Shown here: piece by piece, positions 55,987 to 64,000 of the stretch
Layout: every line of letters starts with the position of its first letter
Numbering within the stretch: position 1 is the first letter of the stretch
Origin: Craspedostauros australis
Lineage: Eukaryota
Assembly (NCBI GenBank): GCA_030167865.1
Contig: JALAGF010003843.1
Location: forward strand, 1 to 64,000
Length of the DNA: 64,000 bases
Direction of reading: 5' to 3'
Notes under the pieces: model-generated
The model's input: the letters and a program-made list of their open reading frames with translations, nothing else
Database searches by the model: none
What the model was told of the DNA's origin: nothing
Position numbers and translations under genes: made by a program

Positions 55987-56371
55987 GCTCTTGTGCTTGC
56001 TTGCTTATGAATTGCTTGCTTATGAATTGGTTGGTTGTGAATGGGCGGACTGTGAATGGGCGGATTGTGGTAGCATATATTGTTATGGCACAATATATAA
56101 TTATATGTATTCACAGATCGCAGAGTAATCGATAGAGCAGATCGTATTGTATTTGATCGTCCGCTTGGTTGAAGCTCTTTGTGCACATGTCTGCCATGGA
56201 GGTCGCGCATCTGTCGTTGCTGCACGCATTCGCCTCTTTGTTGCCGCGCTGTCGCTCCCAGTCTTCGTCATGGCAAGGAACAGAACGGTTGTTGTGTCGT
56301 TTGCGCATTTTTCTTCATGGAAACTGAATCACGAATCAAGTCGCGGATACGAACGTCTATTGTTGGCGAGG

Positions 56372-58285
56372 ATAGGTGATTCATCGGCGATCCGCAATTT
56401 GGACGAATAATCCGCCATTTCAGAGCTTCGACAGAGCCGTTCGAAGAGTAGAGTACGAGTACGTATTACGTTAGATATGTCCTTCTCAGCAGTCGTCCAA
56501 GCACATGGTGGAACTTGGATTCCAATCAAGATCCTGTTCAAGTTCACTCAGTATTGTGGATTGCGGATGTTCCTGTTGTTGATGCAGCAGCACGAGAACT
56601 CTTCACGCGGATACGTCTCTCTGGACATGATGCCCTTGTGCACTTCCATCACGAAGCCCACGCTGGGGTAGACCCAAAGCATCAGGAAGATGAGCCATAT
56701 GACGTATGTGGTGTCATGGGTGTCCACGTCAGTGCCCGTCTCATCCTCCGCATCTTCCACCGCCTTCCGGCTCTTGGCGGCCACGATAATGAATGCAAGG
56801 AACTCCCACACCACGTAGATTGCGACCTGTGCTCGTTGAGCGAAGTGCAGTGCATGGTGTTGTGTTTAATTTGGTTGTGTTTGATTTGGTTTCGGGTGTA
56901 ACGGTACAGGGCGTATGATATCATGGCAGACATGAGAATGCGTGAGCGGACAGTGGGATGCAATGCGAGTAGGAATGGCGCAAACATGAACACACGTGCG
57001 CACGTGCGCATCAAGGCTGCCACAGATCACCACGTACCAATGTCTTGTTGTAGTGGATGGCACCCGCCAGAGCCCCAGCAGCGAAGAGAATGTCGAACAG
57101 ATTCACGACGATGCCCGTGGTCCTCATTTCGTCGTTGTATGCATTCACAAAATCTTCCTCGGAGCTGTCGTATGCCCAGGTTTCGGAGCTATCGCCATCA
57201 GAGACGGCGACCAGGAAAGCGATGAACGACAGCACGATGCTGATGATCGCAACTACGATGACTGCCCTGCGGAAGTCGCAGCAGCAACCGCAGCACTGCG
57301 AGACGAATGAACGTTGGGGGGGGGAGGGCGGTAGAGCCGCAGTTGTTGTTGTTGTTGTTGTTGGCGATGATCATAGTGGTGGCGATGTTAGCATCGAGAG
57401 ACAGAGCCAAAACGGTGAGAACAACAGCGAGACGGGATGGACAATCGACTTGGAAGTTATTGCACAAAAACAAGAACCGGAGCATCATCAATGTGGAGAC
57501 GAAGGACGGAGGCAAAAGCGAGCCGCAGCCACACTTTCACGGCCTTTCCAAACGTGTTCTCAAATCACAAACAGATCGCACATACCGCCCGAAGAATGCT
57601 ATCACAAACAGCATGCCTCCGTCCCAAGTATACGTATTCAATCATACTGCTGTCTCATTCATTCCTTGTTGCGATCGAAGAAGTGGTTGCCATCGCATCA
57701 GCTTCACACTTACCTTGGCGCCCATCTTTGGTTGGTCGTGCATTGGGATGTTATCGATGCCCATGCTGGACGGCTTGTGCTCATCAGGTTGGTCCACGGG
57801 GTACTCGGAGGCAGGTTGTGCTCCTGTCACAACCGTCATCGGCTCTGGAGAGGTGACGGCGATGGCAGTCTTTTGCGTTTCGATATCCATGGTGGCTGAT
57901 GAGAGAGTGGGTGACGGTGAGTGCTATCAGGAAGTACGAATTGTGGAAAGGCTGTGGGCTGGAACTGATGGGATCCGTTCTGTGTTGATTTGTTTTTATG
58001 TGATGTGATGTGCAACCTTGCGACGTTTGTGTGCCTTTCTCGAATTTAAGGGTTCTTTGGGATCTTTGCTGTGGGCGCAGAAGATCCCTTGCTTGCACCA
58101 CACGCGTCGCCATCGTGCTTCTCCACCAGCAGTCTCGCAAACAGAACCAGAACTGTCAGATCTGCGAAGCCAAGAGATTGATGCGAGTTCCCATTCAGGA
58201 CTTTGGGTCGGAGTCGTGCGCAGGCTCAGGATCTGTTCCTGGTTGCTCCTCGAACCGAACAACGAGAGCCACATCACATGAAGAA
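56372..58285. repeat. Segmental direct repeat, copy 1 (~1.9 kb)
   Basis: Aligns by eye with 61404-63292, from ATAGGTGAT to CACATGA. Confidence 0.92.
56548..57890 (-). CDS. Cys-rich four-TM membrane protein, copy 1; exons 57890-57714, 57295-57038, 56826-56548 (237 aa)
   Basis: Both GT..AG introns splice in frame. CCGCCCDFRRAVIVV precedes TM1, there are four hydrophobic segments, and the C-terminus has YPREEFSCCC. The structure is mirrored by copy 2. Confidence 0.85.
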
Positions 58286-58992
58286 CAGTTGGGAAGGTCA
58301 GGGACAACCAATATTTTGTCCAGAAGAACCGATCGAGAAAATGATGGTGTTGGTTGGAATTCGTGCTCTGTTGATGACACGATTCGGTGGAGAAGGCCTC
58401 GTGGACTGCCAGTTTCGGGTTAACCATGCAATGCAGTTCAAGAGGTGTGAACTTGTTAGAAGATGTGCTACAGTAACGATGAGTAGAGTAGTGCTGTTTG
58501 TACTAATCTTGGTTTGAGTTGCAGTTCAACTAAGAACCGACTACTTTCTCTTTAGAGTGTCCCGTGTCGTTGCTTGAAATTGCTTTTGGCGCGCATATTG
58601 CCCAATACCGACAACGGCCAGACCTTTCCTTGTCCTCCCCTCTTTCAGTCACTAACCATTCCCGGTTACCATACTACGGTGTGCAGATTTAGTGCCAATT
58701 CCCGAATCTGGCCGAATCCGAACAATGAATGTCGATGGACAGACGATACCGCACAAACCACGTGTAGGATCCACGTTGAGCAAATGACCGCTCCGCACAG
58801 TCATAATTTTCAGAACAGACAGGTTTCACCCCCCAACACCTCCGGTCACGTGAAAAACCTGCACATACGGTCCATCTAACCAACCAACGCACTTGGGAAC
58901 TATACGCTCCCCAGATCCTATCAGATGGGCTTCACTTGGAGTACCTTTTACTGCCTCGGCGTCCGCTGGCTACACCAACTCTGTCGTGGGCA

Positions 58993-59674
58993 ATCCAAGC
59001 TGCTTCAACCTCAGCAATGGAATCCTGACGCAAGTCCAAGCTGCTGGCTCCTGCTGCATCGCTCCCATCGCTTCAACATCTACTGAAGCCACAAAACTTC
59101 CTGCATGACGTCGCCGGCAATCAAGAGAAAAGGATAAAGGGAAAGTGCAGCCTCTTCTCAGCACTGAACCGTGAGGATCAGTGCAGAGTCGTGTCAATAC
59201 AATGAGTATCGTTTCTTCATCCAGCCTACTACAATACTAACTCATAAGAACAAGTCCAGATTAGTACAACACTACTACTCTATTCTATTGTTACAAGCTC
59301 TGATAGCCAACAGCGTTCAAGCCCAGTGACCTGCATCAACCGGCCTTCATTTGAAGCCGGCAGTCACAAGGGCCTACTCCGGTTCGTCCACGGGCGTACA
59401 CGAATTCCAACTGTTTGTGCTACTATGAGTTAGTAGTAGTCTTGGTAGGATGAAGAAACGATGTCACACAGCTGACACGGCCCTGCACTGATTTACTTTG
59501 TTCAGTGCTTGAGGGCGGACGTTGATCCTTACGCCTTGCTCTCTTCATATGTTGTTACATTGCAGTGTAGATCGTGACAGCTCAGTATTCAGTTGAGGTT
59601 GAGATGACAATGCAGAAATGGCTGAGGTTGGAATTCACCCTCGGATTCCCTGCTTGAGTTGAAGCAGATTGGAT
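58993..59674. repeat. Degenerate long inverted repeat (arms ~58993-59246 and ~59424-59674)
   Basis: Reverse-complement blocks shared in collinear order: ATCCAA.CTGCTTCAAC, GGAATCC, GCACTGAAC, ATCAGTGCAG, CGTGTCA, ATCGTTTCTTCATCC and TACTAACTCATA. Confidence 0.85.
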
Positions 59675-60151
59675 ATGTTTGCAAGTTCCATGGATGGACA
59701 CCTTATGATCGTGGAAGACGGTGTTGGTTGATAGTCGTTCTGTTTGCTATTTCAATAGTTGAACACTCCAATCCTCTTGGTGTCTCCGTTCTCTTGCCCA
59801 ATGCTCTTGGTGCGTCTGTCTGTTTTGTAGATTGGTCTCCGACTATGAGTCGGTACGCGAGATGCTCTCTCGCTGTTCTTCATATTCTCTCTCTTTCTCA
59901 ATGTTGCGTGTTCATGCTACACAACACTCTGTGTTCAATGTGTACTCCGCATTCAACACTTCATTCGTTCACTACTGGTTCCTACTCCATGAATACTTAC
60001 CATTTGAACTCCTCTTCGTGTATCCATGATCTCGATGCCCTTCGGTCATCGAATCCTCACCTTCTGCTCTGACATGGAGACAGATGTCGACGTGGTGACA
60101 CAATGACATCCTGTCAACATCAGTAGGTGTCCTTCTGCTCTCCAGATGTCA

Positions 60152-60670
60152 TGTTCCATTGGTGATGCAGTGGTCTGTCAGATGATATTGTCATCTGAGG
60201 TTTAGTTGGGAAGTACCTCGAGATTCTCTTGGTACCATACGTTTCCATTGATGGATGGACGGACGATATTTCTAATTCTCTCAGAAATCGTCGATTGCAA
60301 ATTTCCTCCAGAAATTCTGCTCATTTTCATTTGTTCCATTTTCACTGTGATTCTGACAAATCACAGCATACTATTTACACGAGTGTAGTTGTACCGTCCA
60401 AGTACGTATAAGAGAATATCGGGCGAACGACGCACATATACACGTACATCTCAACATATACTCACATGTACATCTCGACAAGAGGTCAGAGAGTAAGCTC
60501 ACAACTCTTAAGTTTGTAATAACATTTGAGGTCCCAACAGACTTCCAGTGAACGCCACCTTCTCGACCTGATCAATCGCAGAAGGACACGTTCTTCCTAA
60601 GTTACAACCAATTCCTCAAGTCTAACAATAACTTAGCAACAACAACCAACAAACATAACCAACTTCACCT
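60152..60670 (+). mobile_element. Possible truncated LTR retrotransposon 5' end (LTR + primer-binding site + leader)
   Basis: ...TAACA (60520-60524) is followed by TTGAGGTCCCA, which resembles the complement of a tRNA-Gln 3' end (TGGAGGTCCCA), then an A/C-rich leader. Candidate TGTT starts are at 60152 or 60332. No gag/pol follows. Confidence 0.35.
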
Positions 60671-61403
60671 ATAGGACTTGATCACCCTGGCGGCATAGTA
60701 AGTGTAGTGTTTGGTGCCCTGACCTGTATGCAATTGCTGATTATCATCGGTGGAGGACACCATGTTTCGGTGATAGTCTGTCCCTGTCGGAATCGGTGTT
60801 GTGACGACCATCAATCCATCTTGTGAGCGAACAAAACCCCGACTGAATACGCGGGACTCGAATCCGAACATCGAACCCGAACGTCAGCTGGGCAAACACA
60901 AAACATCAAAAACAACAATCGGCCAGTTCGCGCCAAAACGCTCTCAACCAAGACCTTCCATCAGCAACCTGTGCACTGAGAAGGTGCTTTGTAAATCCAA
61001 CGCACGGTCCTTCGTGGGACCATGCTCTATGTGTCAGGCATCAGTGTTGACGACGCTCAAACAAAGACGTCGGCTCTCCAACTAATTTGATCATGGGACG
61101 TTACAACATCCAACCCAATTGGAGCCTCGTCCAACGCATCCGTTGTGTCTCGGCATCTCTCTCTCTCTCCTGTCGCTTGCAATCACTCGCACAGCACCGT
61201 GATGAACCACACTGAACTACACTGTACATCCCGCACCTCAAGCAACGAATCATAAATCACTCGTTATCAGATTACAAGAGTCCCTAATTGATTTTTACTG
61301 AGCCAAATGAATGTTTTTGATATTGTCACAAAGACGCGCCGGCCATTTCAGTCATCCAATCATCGTGCCAGGCACCAAAACGACTCGGTTAGTGAATGTC
61401 CTC

Positions 61404-63292
61404 ATAGGTGATTTATCGGCGCTCCGCAATTTGGACGAATAATCTGTCATTTCAGAGCTTCGACAGAACCGTTCGAAGAGTAGAGTACGAGTACGTATTA
61501 CGTTAGATATGTCCTTCTCAACAGTCGCCCAAGCACATGATGGAACTTGGATCCCAATCAAGATCCTGTTCAAGTTCGCTCAGTATTGCGGATTGTGGAT
61601 TTCCCTGTTGCTGATGCAGCAGCACGAGTACTCTTCGCGCGGGTACGTCTCTCGGGACATGGTGCCCTTGTGCACCTCCATCACGAAGCCAACGCTGGGG
61701 TAGGCCCAAAGCATCAGAATGACGAACCATACGACGTATGCGCCGATATTGGCGTCCACATCATCGCCCGTCTCATCCTCCGCATCTTCGACCGCCTTAC
61801 GGCTCCTGGCGACCACGATGACGAATGCAATGAACTGCCATACCACGAAGATTGCGACCTGTGTTCATTGAGCGCAGTGCAGTGCATAGTGTTGTGTTTG
61901 ATTTGGTTTCGGGTGAAACGGTACAGGGCGTATGATATCATGGCAGACATGAGAATGCGTGAGCGGACAGTGGGATGCAATACGAGTAGGAATGGCGCAA
62001 ACATGAACACACGTGCGCGCACACCCGCAAAGGCTGCCACAGATCATCACGTACCAATGTCTTGTTGTAGTGGATGGCACCCGCCAGAGCCCCAGCAGCG
62101 AAGAGAATGCTGATCAGATTCACGACGATGCCCGTGGTCCTCATTTCGTCGTTGTATTCATCCACAAAGTCTTCCTCGGAGCTGGCGTCGTATCCCCAAC
62201 TTTCGGTGTTATCGCCACCGGTAGCGGCGATCAGGAAAGTGAGGAACGACAACACCATGCTGATGATCATAACTACGATGACTGCCCTGCGGAAGTCGCA
62301 GCAGCAACGGCAGCACTGCGAAACGAATGGAGGTTGGGGGGGGAGGGCGGTAGAGGGTGGTAGAGCCGCAGTTGTTGTTGTTGTTGGCGATGATCATAGT
62401 GGTGACGATGTCGGCATCGAGAGACAGAGCGAAACGGTGAGAACAACAGCGAGGCAAAATGGACAATCGAGTTGGAAGTTATTGCACAAAAACAAGAACC
62501 GGAGCATCATCAATGTGGAGACGAAGTGCGGAGGCAAAAGCGAGCTGCGGCCACACGTTCGCAGCCTTTCCCAACATGTTCTCAAATCACAAACAGATCG
62601 CACATACCGCCCGAAGTATGCCATCGCAAAGAGCATGCCCCCATCCCAAGCACACATATTCAATCATAATGTCGTCTCATTCATTCCTTGTTGCGATCGA
62701 AGAAGTGGTTGCCATTGCATCAGCTTCACACTTACCTTGGCACCCATCTTTGGTTGGTCGTGCATTGGGGTGTTATCGATGCCCATGCTGGACGGCTTGT
62801 CCACGGGGTACGCGGAGGCAGGTTGTGCTCCTGTCACAACCGTGATTGGCTCCGGAGAGGCGACGGCGACGGGAGTCTTTTGCTTTTCGATATCCATGGT
62901 GGCTAAGGAGGGAGTGGGTGACGGTGAGTGCTATCAGGAAGAACTATTTGTGGAAAGGCTGTGGGCTGGAACTGATGGGATCCGTTCTTTGTTGATTTGT
63001 TTTTATGTGATGTGATGTGCAACCTTGCGACGTTTGTGTGCCTTTCTCGAATTTAAGGGTTCTTTGGGATCTTTGCTGTGGGCGCAGAAGATCCCTTGCT
63101 TGCACCACACGCGTCGCCATCGTGCTTCTCCACCAGCAGTCTCGCAAACAGAACCAGAACTGTCAGATCTGCGAAGCCAAGAGATCGATGTGGGTTCCCA
63201 TCCAGGACTTCGTCGGAGTCGTGCACAGCCGCAGGATCTGTTCCTGGTTGCTCTCGAACCGAACAACGAGAACAGCCACGCCACATGAGGAA
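61404..63292. repeat. Segmental direct repeat, copy 2 (~1.9 kb)
   Basis: Aligns by eye with 56372-58285, offset about 5.0 kb. Confidence 0.92.
61580..62897 (-). CDS. Cys-rich four-TM membrane protein, copy 2; exons 62897-62736, 62315-62055, 61858-61580
   Basis: Same splice sites and motifs as copy 1 (CCRCCCDFRRAV, YPREEYSCCC). Indels relative to copy 1 preserve the frame. Confidence 0.85.
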
Positions 63293-64000
63293 TGGATGTG
63301 GAGGCAAGAAACCACGAATCAGTGACTTATCTCTGGTGTTCATGTAGCTCGGATGACCTGATGGTCCGAGTGAAAACAGAGTAGCTCTGAACCACACCAT
63401 AGTGCTCATGCTCCGTTGGCATGCACGAATGTTTCGACAGAGTTGGTACGAAGCTGACAGACCTCTCGAACCATCCTTCGATGCAGCGCAATTCACACAC
63501 TCTGCCACTCTGTGGTCCTCCAGCTTTGACTTTGTTTGGAATTTGGGAGCATCTGTAGTCATGATCGTGTGTTGTTTGATTTCAGAGTATTTGTTCACGT
63601 TGTTGTGTCTCGCACGACACACACGAGACATGTGCGACATGATCAGTTTTGGCGCGTCTGGATAGAGCGACTCGTTGGACCAAAGGGTCTGAATCAGTGT
63701 TGTCCATGATGAGGACAATTAACCGTATGTTAACCGTCACATGCTGAAATCAATCGAACCCAGAAACGTATCTTTGGTGGGTGGTGATTGATGATCTTTC
63801 TTTGCGCGTTGTCCATCGTTGGTGAAGAGAGCATCGAGGCTGAGACTGAGACCGAGACAGCGAGGAATCGGAAAGCAGGAAGAGCATACCTGATCTCTAT
63901 CGTAGCGAAGAGGATCCAACGCAGCAGGCGATGGCATATTCGGTACGGATTGCGGGCATCATCGTTGCGGTGATCGCGCTGCATTTCTTCACAAATGGAC

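Noticed and set aside
56329-56547. Frame stays open for ~70 codons after the TGA stop in both 4TM duplicates (also 61352-61579), suggesting readthrough or selenocysteine
   Set aside because: The copies are not independent observations. Differences between them are mostly non-synonymous and the stop context is not TGA-CTA, so this behaves like a duplicated 3' UTR.
59296-59308. Minus-strand TGGCTATCAGAGC resembling the tRNA-iMet PBS (TGGTATCAGAGC)
   Set aside because: It has an extra base and is not preceded by an LTR-type CA end.
59205-59465. GGATGAAGAAAC motif suggestive of a hammerhead ribozyme core or 5.8S rRNA
   Set aside because: There is no stem II between the core motifs and no flanking rRNA similarity.
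1-64000. CRISPR arrays, tRNA or rRNA genes, prokaryotic operons
   Set aside because: No repeat-spacer arrays or RNA gene signatures were seen; the sequence is eukaryotic with spliceosomal introns.
63730-64000. Short ORFs at the window end
   Set aside because: Truncated by the edge and without recognisable motifs.

Overview
Eukaryotic, intron-containing, GC-rich genomic DNA, most consistent with a pennate diatom. This is an inference from the ASAFAP-type plastid presequence, the p10-p20 type III metacaspase, the class C GPCR expansion and GT-AG introns. The window is rich in signalling genes. It holds three class C (GABA-B-like) 7TM receptors. Two of these are head-to-head paralogues whose ectodomains are tandem bacterial-type sugar-ABC periplasmic binding domains. 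It also holds an NCoR/Snt1-like double-SANT protein, an ankyrin/coiled-coil protein, a plastid HHL1-like protein, a dual-specificity phosphatase fused to an atypical kinase domain, a PLAC8 protein and a type III metacaspase. A GmhB/HisB-N HAD phosphatase lies divergent from a nucleotide-diphospho-sugar (GT77-like) transferase, and a 3-exon Cys-rich 4TM gene is tandemly duplicated. A decayed, CpG-depleted two-ORF PIF/Harbinger-type DNA transposon lies between the two paralogous receptors. The spacer between the duplicated 4TM genes holds a long degenerate inverted repeat with stem-conserved hairpins and a probable LTR/PBS fragment. All calls come from motif recognition by eye; no searches were run.
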